NCBI GenBank assembly: GCA_037443805.1
Contig: JBBINQ010000010.1
Location: 172-64,171 of the forward strand
Direction: 5' to 3'
Source: a candidate division WOR-3 bacterium
Lineage (GTDB): Bacteria > Hydrothermota > Tepidihabitantia > SM23-42 > JAOAFX01
Length of the DNA: 64,000 nt
The translations under genes were made by a program, and so were the position numbers. Below, one piece after another: positions 47,870 to 58,700 of the stretch. The notes beneath the pieces are model-generated. The model saw only the letters and a list, made by a program, of their open reading frames with translations. It ran no database searches and was not told the DNA's origin. Within the stretch, counting starts at the first letter, position 1. Every line of letters starts with the position of its first letter.

Positions 47870-50797
47870 CTATTTAAGTTTGACCACCTTCTGAATTAAG
47901 ACCTTTTCAGGGCAATCTAATCTCACAAAATATACACCAGCAGGAAGTTTGCGGCCTAAATCGTCGTCGCCATACCACAGAACATAATTAAATTGGTAAT
48001 TGGTTAAATGGTTAAATTGTTTTACCAATCTACCCGTCGCATCATAGATCTTCAATTTGGTGTTTGGGATTTGAGATTTGGGATTTGTTTGGAATTTGGT
48101 GCTTGGGATTTGGAATTTCATCACAAGGTGATTCCTGAATGGATTTGGATAAACTTTTAGTTGTGCACTTATAGATTTTTCAGATTCTTCAATCCCCACA
48201 TATCCGGCAAGATTACCAACTTCCCAGTCAAGGAGCGCTGGATTACTCGGCGATTTTGTAATCCTGTAGAACAAACCTTTCAAGCGTATCGTGTTATAAG
48301 TAACTGTATCAACATTGGTCAATTTTATTGTATCTATAGGAAAGGTCGTAAAGAAACCCGTCGCATTTCCGGGTAGAATAGAATTTGGTATTAGCTGCCA
48401 GTTTGAGCCAGTATAGTATTCAACCTGGATACCAATAGAGTCACCAGCAGTTGCCTTGTGCCAGACTATATCACCCCATTTATTTCTTGGATAGGTTGTA
48501 GAGAGGTCATGGTAATATACGGGTGTTCCTTTAAGTTCACCATAATTTGTTAATTGATAACTATATCGTAGAAGAATATTATCAACTGCACAAGCCCATC
48601 CCCAGGTCGCACTGGTCTCTGTATAATACCACTCAAACTGCATTGAATCGCAGGGCAGATAAGTATTTAAATTGATTGTCTCGGTTCCAGAACTGCTTGT
48701 ATTATATTCACGCAATTGAACCCAGTTAGTCCAGGAACCACTAACAAAACGGCGCATCCTGAGCCGATAATAATCAGAAGATGAATAATCCCGGTAACCA
48801 TAGGCATAGATCAATTCCAGTCCACTGGTAATTCCTCCAACATAAATCTTTGGCGAAACCAACCCCTCTTCTAAACTCTGGGGTGCACTACTTCCTGCAT
48901 CATCATCAGAATAATATGCATACCTTGTGCCATAATCAGGTGGCACATAACTCCCTAAATCACCAGTAGTTCCGGTTGTCCAGTAATAATTATCATTGTT
49001 GCTATTCACAATTGTCCAGGCTGGAGGCATACCTGATTCAAAATTTTCAAATAATAGTGTATCAATTATGGTCTGACCAGAGGGCAATAATACTACACTA
49101 TCACCCTGAACCTGAGTGCCATTAAAAATATCATAGGCAAACTGTGCACCAGTAGTCTGATACCAGGAGCAGGTATTCTGGGGTAGACTCGTTCCAATCG
49201 TAAATGAGCGTTTTTCTGTGAATTGCGTCCAGAGACCGGTTCCGCCCGGGTCAGTGCACTTTACCTTCCACCAGTAAGTTGCTCCATCAATCAATTGTGC
49301 CGGCATAACAAAGTTAACAATTGAACCGCTCGGATATGTGGATGTTGTAGCACTATCTGGACTGACAAAATTCGGGTCATTATCCCACACAATCCTGTAT
49401 TGTATATTATCACCCTGCGGGTCAGTTGAACTAAATGACAGCGTAGGTTGTTGCACTGGTAATCGGGCAAAATTAAATGGTTTGATTATTTCTGGCACCG
49501 CTGGCATACCAGAAATGCCATAAGGTTTTATCAGAACTGATAATGCTGCAATCTCAGCTTTTATAACCTCGGTGCAGAATGCATTATTATTATAGCCTGC
49601 ACCGATTGTATCACTCGTCTGGTGATAATGGGGATTTGTGGGCCAGTAATCTTCAATATTACACAACCCAGGATAACCATTATCATAAAATGGTTGAATA
49701 TCAGATGGAATTGATGATACAGTCTGTTTAATTGTAAGTAGACTTGTGTAGGTATCAGCACAGGCAACAAAGAAATCAGCAAAAGGAACATTGGCACTAT
49801 TGGTGAGCACATCGCAATTCTCAGGTGCAGCATCAACATATCCAATCATATCACCATTTAGCACACCAAGGATAATATGCCCCTGCTGACTGGCATTGTT
49901 TGCATAATATTCGCTACCATAGAGTCCAAATTCTTCACCGCTAAAGGCAATAAACCTTGCGGAATATTCAAAAACATAATCCTTCATCACCCTCGCTGCT
50001 TCAATTGCTGCAACTGTGCCACTTGCATTGTCATCTGCACCCGGTGCAATGTTTGGTGCCTGGTTAGAAGTAGCATCAAAATGGCCATCAATGATTGCAT
50101 AAGTATCAGGATAGAGAACACCCCATTTTATACCAATGACATTGGGTGCATGGCCTGAGGTATGGTATTGAAAATAGACTGAATCGCAACCATATTCAAT
50201 AAATTTATTCCTTATCCAGTTTGCTGCAGCCTGACAGGAGTCATGTGTAGAATACCTGGTGCGGAAGTTCTGCAGTCTGCGCACAAAACTGAGCACAGTA
50301 TCAGGGTTCACTTTGTTAACAATCTCCTCAATAATTGGATGCCTGGACACCACAGGAAAAGCAGGCAATGATCTTCTAATTACTGGTTTAAATGAAAGTC
50401 GCACGACCTCAACTGGCTCCCGGGTCAATCGTAAGAGTCCTTGTTCATCTATTTTCATAAGCGTAATATTATTGTTCACAAATAAAATTTCTCCGAAACT
50501 TCGCAGGTCAACTGGTGTATTAAATTGATACACGAGATAATATTCACCTTCTTTTACATTTCTTTGAAGAATTTTATAATTGAATCCTGCTAATTTTGCA
50601 AGTTCAGAATCATCCATAATAATCAATGCATAATGATCCAGTTCTTTTATTATTTTTACATCACGCATATATAGAGGTTCAAGTCTCTGATAATTTAATT
50701 CCACACTGACAATATTTGTTCCTGCATAACAAATAGAAAAACCAACAAAAAAGAAAAACAAAAATAATTTATCAATTATTTTCATAATGAACCTCAC
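47870..50797 (-). CDS. M28-family metallopeptidase, large and multidomain, with a T9SS C-terminal sorting domain
   Basis: N-terminal signal peptide, an M28 Zn-ligand region HFDATS...GADDNASGTVAAIEAARV, and a C-terminus VYPNPF...IYDATGRLV...GVYFVRL...KVVKLK that is Por-tail-like. Confidence 0.7.
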   Translation of the reverse strand: MRFIMKIIDKLFLFFFFVGFSICYAGTNIVSVELNYQRLEPLYMRDVKIIKELDHYALIIMDDSELAKLAGFNYKILQRNVKEGEYYLVYQFNTPVDLRSFGEILFVNNNITLMKIDEQGLLRLTREPVEVVRLSFKPVIRRSLPAFPVVSRHPIIEEIVNKVNPDTVLSFVRRLQNFRTRYSTHDSCQAAANWIRNKFIEYGCDSVYFQYHTSGHAPNVIGIKWGVLYPDTYAIIDGHFDATSNQAPNIAPGADDNASGTVAAIEAARVMKDYVFEYSARFIAFSGEEFGLYGSEYYANNASQQGHIILGVLNGDMIGYVDAAPENCDVLTNSANVPFADFFVACADTYTSLLTIKQTVSSIPSDIQPFYDNGYPGLCNIEDYWPTNPHYHQTSDTIGAGYNNNAFCTEVIKAEIAALSVLIKPYGISGMPAVPEIIKPFNFARLPVQQPTLSFSSTDPQGDNIQYRIVWDNDPNFVSPDSATTSTYPSGSIVNFVMPAQLIDGATYWWKVKCTDPGGTGLWTQFTEKRSFTIGTSLPQNTCSWYQTTGAQFAYDIFNGTQVQGDSVVLLPSGQTIIDTLLFENFESGMPPAWTIVNSNNDNYYWTTGTTGDLGSYVPPDYGTRYAYYSDDDAGSSAPQSLEEGLVSPKIYVGGITSGLELIYAYGYRDYSSSDYYRLRMRRFVSGSWTNWVQLREYNTSSSGTETINLNTYLPCDSMQFEWYYTETSATWGWACAVDNILLRYSYQLTNYGELKGTPVYYHDLSTTYPRNKWGDIVWHKATAGDSIGIQVEYYTGSNWQLIPNSILPGNATGFFTTFPIDTIKLTNVDTVTYNTIRLKGLFYRITKSPSNPALLDWEVGNLAGYVGIEESEKSISAQLKVYPNPFRNHLVMKFQIPSTKFQTNPKSQIPNTKLKIYDATGRLVKQFNHLTNYQFNYVLWYGDDDLGRKLPAGVYFVRLDCPEKVLIQKVVKLK
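47936..48143 (-). repeat. Dispersed repeat: the T9SS CTD-encoding module, shared at about 85% nucleotide identity with 55794-56003. It contains an imperfect (GGRATTTG)n tandem tract at about 48061-48120.
   Basis: An identical 38-mer, acataattaaattggtaattggttaaatggttaaattg, occurs in both copies. The flanks are highly similar. The two host proteins are unrelated elsewhere. Confidence 0.7.
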
Positions 50798-50826
50798 TTA
50801 CCAATTTTTACCCCTCGCCCTCCAGT

Positions 50827-50855
50827 TTTAAACTAAGCGAGCAGAGGGTAGGACC
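50827..50855 (-). terminator. Intrinsic terminator of the S8 peptidase gene
   Basis: Perfect 12-bp stem GCGAGCAGAGGG-tagga-CCCTCTGCTCGC. Confidence 0.55.
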
Positions 50856-50878
50856 CTCTGCTCGCTCTCTAACAGCCT

Positions 50879-53800
50879 TTATTTCAGAAGAATTGCTTTT
50901 TTCGTATCAGTGAACTTGTCTGTAGTAAATTGATAGAAGTAGATACCAGATGCAAGTTTACGACCCACATCATCCTTACCATCCCAGATTACAGTATAGA
51001 AGCCTGGACTCTGTTCGCTGTCAACAAGTGTGCGCACAATCTGTCCGAGACAGTTGTATACCTTTAAGCTGACCTTTGCATTCTGTGGCACAGCATAATT
51101 GATGCGCACAATTCCTTTTGTCGGATTGGGCATAGGACTTGAAAGGCTATAACTCAAAGGCATACCTGTATTTGCCTCGCTAATGCCCTGGAGAGGACGG
51201 ATATCGCCATCAATCAGGGTGAATGTCCGGTAATACCAGGCGCCCCAGTTCTGTGCCCGATATGTCGCATTATCACGACCACGGACAAACAGAGAACAGA
51301 CGCGCACTGCACCAGGTGTATATATAAGTCTGATTGATGCGTTCACATCCTCTACAATCTCATTCCAGGTACCATCTGTAACCTGCATTGGCTGTTCACC
51401 ACTGGAATTTCCACTCGGGCTCTTGGCAATATAAGTTGCCGCACCAATCGTGCTCATTCCAGTCTCAGAATCACTAACAACTGCAGTAAATGCTAATAAG
51501 GTATCGGTAGCAGTCACGAACTTTGGATTATTGGCAACAACAATAGAGTTCGGAATCACCTTGGGACCCAAGTCATCATTTCCTGCGATGTTAATAGTAA
51601 AGTTACCTGTTTCAGCAAATCCCTTCATTGATGGATAGACATTCCTGTCATTCGCAGTAACACGGACCCGATAACTATTTCTGTTCTGCATTGCACTTAC
51701 ATTCCAGGAATATGGTGAAGTCATACCTGTGCCTGAAGCAATAGTATACCAGGTCTGTCCAGCATCAGGTGAATACTCAATCCAGGTTGTATCAATTACT
51801 GCACCACCATAGGCAGTCGCGGTCCAGGAGATTGTAATCGGGCTTGAGGTATATGTCTGACCACCAACTGGCGAAGACAGGGTCACATCTGGATGGTCAT
51901 GTCCGATGAGCCAGATGAACATATTATTGAGAATATCGGTCCTGGTCGCACTATTGGGATTGGTCGTATCAATCTGGGTGATCTCAAAGCCATTGAACAC
52001 TACCCTTGTCCTCTGGCCGCCCCAGACTCCATCACCTGGTGTTCCCATATTGTTTGTTGATTCCCATTTTATACCACAGGAATCATTTGCTGCATTACCA
52101 TGCCAGACATAGGTGCCAGTCCCTGCAGCACCAGTGCCAGAGAGTCGTATTGAATCACCAGCCGCACCTGAACGGAATGGTTGGTATGTAACACCTGCAG
52201 TATAATTACCAGAGATTGGGTCACCTGCAATACCCCTTACTGAAGTCCAGGATGTGGCAGTAATATCACCAATATAGCGGAAATGGAGCTGGTTCTTACA
52301 AAAGACCGTATCAACATGCGAATAAGCCCAGTTATCCCAGCCAACATCATGGCCAGTAAAGGCTAACCGTGCACCATTATCATGATATGTTTTGACCGTC
52401 TCTTTCTGTGCTACTGTAAAGACCGGATAGTTCTCCTGCGCAACCTGGAAATAGACCGCCTTATACCATTTCAGGTCGTTTCGTGTAAACTGGCCATTGG
52501 TCATCGTCACCCACCAGTTATAGGTCCAGCCACCAGCTTGTAATGCCCTATCCATAAATTCTGGATGGGCAAACTCCTCACCCTGATTACTATTATTCAA
52601 CAGAACAACGAGCACATCAATACCTGCCTGAGCCTTGGTCTTGAATGTATAATGGAGACCACCATTGTTGTCACGAACCGCATTACCACGAAAGTCCTTT
52701 GATTCTACATCATAATAATAGATGGTATTTGGCGTCAAACCTGCCAGCGTTACCCGGTGTGGCATACAGAACGGTGTATCCACCTGAGCAACAAGATTCA
52801 GATTGCTCGGATTCGTCCCATAATAGACCTTTGAATTTGCACCTTCATTTGTTGTCCAGCACACATCTGCTGACAGTGCTCCAATATTCTCACAGCGCAC
52901 ATTGGATATGGCAAAATACCAGGCATCAACCGCTGCCCAGGTCGTAGAAATATATGAAGGATTCGCATCAGTATAAGAGACATAGATGGTATCACCCTGG
53001 CACACAGACAACCTGCCATCACCATGTGTGGCGCCACGGAAAAGCAAGGGAAATTCTCCTTTAAATACATAAGAACTCTCTGCCATCTCCACACAACGAA
53101 GCGTCTCAGGCTGTGTCTCTATATATTTACCAGTGAGCACGACCCTGACCGTATCCCGAATACCAACTGCACCATAATTTGGGTCCTCAACCCTGACCCT
53201 GACCGTATCAATGATAAAGTCATTTGCCCGATAAACAGGCTTGTCAGTTGATACTGCGCCCGCAACAGTGGTTGCAGTATATGTAATTACAAGGGCAAAT
53301 GGCTGTGGTCCATAAGGAACATTCCTACCTTCAATGCGCACAAGCCAGTCACCTGCAGTAGGTGAGTTCACACGGATGCACTCTTCAACATTGAGAGAAT
53401 CCCGGTTTGCAGGATTTGCCACTGATTGCCCACCTGAATATTGATTGCCACGATAATATGTCCCACCAACCTGAGCGTATAAATCTAAATCATTGACAAT
53501 CTGTCTATTTACTGTTGGATTACCTGGATAATCGGTCCAGACAAGCGTAATCTTTAAAACACTCGCTCCAGAAGGCACACTGAAATGGAAATCTTTTCTC
53601 TCACCTGTGAGCACACCAATTGTATCATCAAGCACTAAGGTTTTACGGGCATCACCAGAAAAATAGAGTGTTGAATCAAGGTCAACCCTGCCCCAGCCAA
53701 TATTGTTATCAGGGACTGTATAACCAGTGATATTGGGGTCAGCACAGTTAATGAGTATCGCCTTTATCATTGCTGCACTGATATAAGACCAGGCATTACC

Positions 53801-55510
53801 CGCAACCTTTTTACCGGTTGGATACCAACCTTCACGCAGGTACTGTCTTGCCAGTGCGCCAGCACCAGCTGCACCAGGAGAAGCCATACTGGTTCCGGAC
53901 ATTGTAGAGAAACCGGTCGTTCCGTTAGTTGCAGATTGGATGCTGGATCCAGGTGTAAGGATTGTCGGCTTTATTCTATTATCATCGGTTGGTCCACGGC
54001 TCGTGATGGTATAATAAGACCGACAGGATGTTCCATTTAGTGTGCCACCCACTGACACGCAATTCTTTGCCGCGGCTGGAGACCCAACAGTATTAGCCCC
54101 ACCTGCATTGCCATTGCTGTAAAAGAGGAGGAAATCCTTATGTGCCCACATAAACTGGTCAACATTCAGACACATACTGGTATATGCACCGCCTGCGTCT
54201 GCACCCCAGGAATTTGTGCTCAGATAAGCACGAATACCATGGCTGGCATAATACTTGTTATAGGGACGAATGTAGAGGTCATTCAAATCACCAAAGGTAT
54301 AGATGGCAGGACTCGTATTGTCTCCGCAATCATTGTGATAGAGCCTTGCCATCTTGGCAATTCCGTCTCTATAATCTGAACCAAGTGTTGTATCATTCCC
54401 TGCTGTTGTGCATCCAGTATGTGTGCCATGATAACTTGCACCTGAGCCATCACCAAATACAATGTTTGCCGGTGCACCTGAATCATAGGCAACAATCTTA
54501 TTGTGCGTCGGATACACACCCCAGGTTGTAATCGCTGCACTGCCTGCACGATGCATATAATGACTGGTATTAATACCTGAATCACAATGATTGATGATCT
54601 CACCCTGACCAAGGATACCCATACCCCACATTCTGCGGGCAGTATTATCATTACCTGGCGGTGCGCTTGCCCAATATCCAGTCTGAACAACCCATTGGTA
54701 TTGCTGATTATGCATTTCCGGCTGAATATAAGGTTCAAGCCAGTATATCTCTTTTATCTGGGCAAGCGCAGGCAAATCATCCTTATTCAACATAACCCAG
54801 ACCATCTTGTTTATTCCATTATCTGAAGTAGTAACTTCATCTTCTCCACTTATTGCTTTTATCTGATTCACAACTGCCTGCATATCTGCATCATTAAAAA
54901 GGAGAATCGTTACTGGATGTCTATCATTTACCCTATCAAATAGTGCAGAAATCTTATAAGCAGGTTGATAAATGCCCATCCAGTTTACTGAAGGATTTGA
55001 AAGGATTGCATTCTTCTGTGATTGCCCTTTTAATGAAACCACAAAACCATAGTGTGGTATGTAGAAGTGAATCTTTATACCCTGGGATGCAAGCCAGTCT
55101 TTTTCAGGACCATAGATTGGTCCGGAAAACTGGACAATATAGTATCCTATTTCATCATCACGGTACTGGGTTTTTAAATGTGCTGGTAATTCTGGCTCCC
55201 CATTTTTACCAAGCAGTTTTGTATCAAATGAGATACCATTGGAAAAGACAATCTTTGTCGCATCACCATAGGTCACTGGCATAAACTGGGATTTTGTTTG
55301 AGCAGAGAATGCAGGAATCACATCATTGCGAATAATATTCTGCTCCACATTCTCTTTTGGCTGTTCATATTTTACCGGTTCCACCGGTATTGTTTTATGC
55401 TGTGGCACTGTTTTATTTGCACCCAGCACAAACGTCGCCATTATTAAGATTAGCAAGATTTTTTTCATCTCATCTCCTTTTTTTTGGCTCTGCGAGCCAC
55501 TATGCTTCAC
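50879..55510 (-). CDS. Giant S8-family subtilisin-like serine peptidase (1543 aa) with a T9SS C-terminal sorting domain
   Basis: Catalytic His in HGTHTGCTTAGN and Ser in GTSMASPGAAGAGALARQYL. Signal peptide. The C-terminus reads VKVYNCLGQIV...GIYFYQF...KAILLK. Confidence 0.8.
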   Translation of the reverse strand: MKHSGSQSQKKGDEMKKILLILIMATFVLGANKTVPQHKTIPVEPVKYEQPKENVEQNIIRNDVIPAFSAQTKSQFMPVTYGDATKIVFSNGISFDTKLLGKNGEPELPAHLKTQYRDDEIGYYIVQFSGPIYGPEKDWLASQGIKIHFYIPHYGFVVSLKGQSQKNAILSNPSVNWMGIYQPAYKISALFDRVNDRHPVTILLFNDADMQAVVNQIKAISGEDEVTTSDNGINKMVWVMLNKDDLPALAQIKEIYWLEPYIQPEMHNQQYQWVVQTGYWASAPPGNDNTARRMWGMGILGQGEIINHCDSGINTSHYMHRAGSAAITTWGVYPTHNKIVAYDSGAPANIVFGDGSGASYHGTHTGCTTAGNDTTLGSDYRDGIAKMARLYHNDCGDNTSPAIYTFGDLNDLYIRPYNKYYASHGIRAYLSTNSWGADAGGAYTSMCLNVDQFMWAHKDFLLFYSNGNAGGANTVGSPAAAKNCVSVGGTLNGTSCRSYYTITSRGPTDDNRIKPTILTPGSSIQSATNGTTGFSTMSGTSMASPGAAGAGALARQYLREGWYPTGKKVAGNAWSYISAAMIKAILINCADPNITGYTVPDNNIGWGRVDLDSTLYFSGDARKTLVLDDTIGVLTGERKDFHFSVPSGASVLKITLVWTDYPGNPTVNRQIVNDLDLYAQVGGTYYRGNQYSGGQSVANPANRDSLNVEECIRVNSPTAGDWLVRIEGRNVPYGPQPFALVITYTATTVAGAVSTDKPVYRANDFIIDTVRVRVEDPNYGAVGIRDTVRVVLTGKYIETQPETLRCVEMAESSYVFKGEFPLLFRGATHGDGRLSVCQGDTIYVSYTDANPSYISTTWAAVDAWYFAISNVRCENIGALSADVCWTTNEGANSKVYYGTNPSNLNLVAQVDTPFCMPHRVTLAGLTPNTIYYYDVESKDFRGNAVRDNNGGLHYTFKTKAQAGIDVLVVLLNNSNQGEEFAHPEFMDRALQAGGWTYNWWVTMTNGQFTRNDLKWYKAVYFQVAQENYPVFTVAQKETVKTYHDNGARLAFTGHDVGWDNWAYSHVDTVFCKNQLHFRYIGDITATSWTSVRGIAGDPISGNYTAGVTYQPFRSGAAGDSIRLSGTGAAGTGTYVWHGNAANDSCGIKWESTNNMGTPGDGVWGGQRTRVVFNGFEITQIDTTNPNSATRTDILNNMFIWLIGHDHPDVTLSSPVGGQTYTSSPITISWTATAYGGAVIDTTWIEYSPDAGQTWYTIASGTGMTSPYSWNVSAMQNRNSYRVRVTANDRNVYPSMKGFAETGNFTINIAGNDDLGPKVIPNSIVVANNPKFVTATDTLLAFTAVVSDSETGMSTIGAATYIAKSPSGNSSGEQPMQVTDGTWNEIVEDVNASIRLIYTPGAVRVCSLFVRGRDNATYRAQNWGAWYYRTFTLIDGDIRPLQGISEANTGMPLSYSLSSPMPNPTKGIVRINYAVPQNAKVSLKVYNCLGQIVRTLVDSEQSPGFYTVIWDGKDDVGRKLASGIYFYQFTTDKFTDTKKAILLK

Positions 55511-55553
55511 CTATTTTTTATTTTTCTGCATCACCTCCTTTTTTAATTATGAA

Positions 55554-55581
55554 ATTATAATAAAATTCTACCCAATGTCAA
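55554..55581 (-). promoter_or_regulatory. Sigma70-like promoter on the minus strand for the S8 peptidase gene: TTGACA, 16 bp, TATAAT, with AGGAGA upstream of the ATG
   Basis: The reverse complement reads TTGACAttgggtagaattttatTATAATttcat...aaaaaaaggagatgagATG. Confidence 0.4.
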
Positions 55582-55727
55582 TACCACCTTGATTATTCAC
55601 CCCATTGTTTTAACAGAAATTAGTTATTCGGTGAAGAAATAAGTACAGAAGTCAGAATTAAGAAGTTAGTCTTAAAAACATTATTCAGACTTCCAACCTC
55701 CATACCCACTTCCTCAACCAACGTCCA

Positions 55728-58700
55728 TCATCTCAATAATACAGCCTTTTCCACCTGTTTGAAATTATCCACCTCAAACCGCACAAAATAGACACCTGCA
55801 GGAAGTCTACGACCTAAATCATCATCACCAGACCACAAAACATAATTAAATTGGTAATTGGTTAAATGGTTAAATTGCTTCACCAATCTGCCCGTCGCAT
55901 CGTAGATTCGTAGTTTGCTATTTGGAATTTGGAATTTGTAGTTTGTTTGGGATTTGGTGCTTGGAATTTGGAATTTAATCACAAGGTGTTTCCTGAATGG
56001 ATTCGGTGCTATTCCAAAATAGAATCTATTATTATCATTTCTCGCAATAAGTTCTTTAATCCCTGGCCAGTATCGTGATTTATAACAACCTGAATTGTAT
56101 GGATCATAACGGAACTTTGGCCAATCAAAGACTTTTGAATCAAGATTAAATACCCAGAACTTAAAGTCATTTGCACCGACCATCAGTTCAAGTTTTCCAT
56201 CATTATCAATATCAAAGACTGCTGGAGACTGCTCAATTCTAATACCAAAATGGATGGGAAATCCACTCAAAAGTCCTCCACTATTATTAAATGCATATAA
56301 ATTCCAGTCTGCAGCACCACAGATAATATCCATTACACTATCTCTATCCACATCAGTCACTATAGGAAGTTTATAATCATGCCCAATAACTACAGGAAAA
56401 CCCGGCACCATATTACCCAAAGAATCAAAGACCGATAAAAATTGCATTCCCTGGTTACTGCCACAGATGACCTCTGGCCTTTCGTTTCCAATAACATTTG
56501 CAATAACCGGGTATGCCTCAACATCACCTAATGATGGAATATAACTCTGCCAGACGATATTACCGCCGGCATCAACCACATTGAGCATATCTGTAGAATC
56601 TGTATAAAAACAGATTTCAAGATTGCCATTACCATAAATATCACCGAGAGCCGGAGAATAAGACATCTTCCTTGCGATAATCACAGGAAATGGTTCAAGA
56701 TAATTACCATAACGGTCCCAGACAAATAGAGAATCTGAATTAGAACCACCACACGCAACAATCTCTAAGTTGCCATCATCGTTTATGTCACCAATGGCTG
56801 GTGAACCACCATTCCAGCCATACAAATTCTTCAATAGACCATCCGGTGAATAGAGCCCTTCACCATTATGATGGAATGCGTAAAATGTGCCATTTTCAGT
56901 GATGACAAAAATTTCTAAATCTCCGTCTTCATCAATATCTGCAAGGGCAGGTGAACAAAGCACACCACCATTAAGGGATTTGGGCCAACCCGGCACAGGG
57001 CTCCAGTTATTTGTCCCATCATTGGTCAAAATATAAAAATTATTATCCCAACTTCTTATACCAAAACAGATCTCAAGTGAACCATTATTATCAACATCAC
57101 CAATTGCTGGTGATGACCATATCTCATTATTGGTTTGAAAGATAATACCATCAGGATTATTTGCTGCGGGTGTGCCATCACAATGCCAGACATAGGCCAT
57201 GCCATTCTTACTACAAACTGTGATTTCAAGACCGGGATAGAATGGATCAAGGTCGCCAAAATTTGGCGAAGAAAAGAGATAACCATAAACAGTTCTGGGC
57301 CAGCCCTGTGCCACTATCGGATTTGTCTTCGCAGGAATCGTATCTGAACTTATTCCTTGATTCATTGAAGAATCAACCATAACAAGATAATAATAGTAAT
57401 AAATATTTTGCTGAACATTTGAATCTTCAAAGTGTGCAACAGGTGTTAATGAATTTTTAATAAACTTAAAAGGACCTGAGGGATTTGTAGCACGATAAAT
57501 TCGGTAGCCAGCTGCACCATTTACAGGTGTCCAGTTTAAGATGATTGAATTCGGCATACCGAATGCCCACAATGATTCTGGGGGTGCAGGTGTATTCAAT
57601 ATAATCCTTTTCTCCTGAACTTTGTTATTAAGATAATACAGAGAGAATTTATAACATACTGAACCAGAATCATTTAATTGCAGGGCAAATGAATCTGTGC
57701 CAGATATGATTTCATCGGGCTGAACCCGGGTGAAATAGACAATGCTATCAATAATAGTAATTGTATCAGAATAGGCTTCAATCTTTGCATAGGCAGAATC
57801 TGCACTACAATTACCAGAATTCTCAATAAATGGCAAAATTTTATACAAATTACCTTCTATCCTGAATTGTTGTGTAAAGAGAGAGAGCACTGGAGATTGA
57901 GCAACAATCTGGCAGGTATCATAATTTATTGAGCTGTAATCAATATCCAAGTATAGAGTAAAACTATAACCATCTGGAATGTCTGGACCAATTCTCAACT
58001 GGAATGGTGTTAAATTCTCTCTGACTTCACCAGGCAGAATCTGCCCATAAGAGGCAGTATCCACAAGGATTGTGATAAAACTATCTGAACTTGTTATTGC
58101 AAGTCTACACGAATTAATACCTTGATTCCCATTATTAATTAAACCAAGATATAAATCTATGGTTTCACCAGGATTCGCAATGCCGTTGTTGTTTCCTGAA
58201 GAATCAATGATAGATGAATGGTGATACACAATATATGGCTCAGAATTCTTCACATATATTGAATCAATATATGGGATAAAATCTTTACTCAGAATTGTAT
58301 ATTTCAAAAAACCTGATGATTTGATTTTAAGCGTGGTAAATGATGCGCCTGCAAAACCTGTGTCTTTTATGAATAACTCATTCTCTTTATAGAAAATAGC
58401 AAAAAATGTATCTATCTGGGGAAGGGTATTGATAATAAGTGTATCCTGTCCCAGGTGGAGTGTATCTTTGTTCACAATTATAGAATCAATAATATGCGGT
58501 ATGGTCTGCCACATATTCAGTGTTGGATCACCTAAGAGGTTCAGCGAAAACTGGAATACCCTTGCCCAGTTGTCAAACTGAGATTGTGGTATCAGGGGAA
58601 TCTTTGACCAGGCAAGTGCACCAGCAAGGGGATTACTAAATAGTGCATTGAATAAATGGGTTATATATATCTCCTGGTCATAGGCAACACTGGAACTTGT

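Noticed and set aside
48061-48120. Short tandem GGRATTTG repeats as a possible CRISPR or minisatellite locus
   Set aside because: The unit is 7-8 nt with no spacers, and it lies inside an open reading frame that encodes part of a T9SS sorting domain. It is not CRISPR-like.
51450-55592. Numerous 60-150-aa ORFs on the plus strand within the S8 peptidase genes
   Set aside because: All are antisense to long, motif-supported protease ORFs, with no RBS and odd His/Cys-rich composition. These are compositional artefacts.
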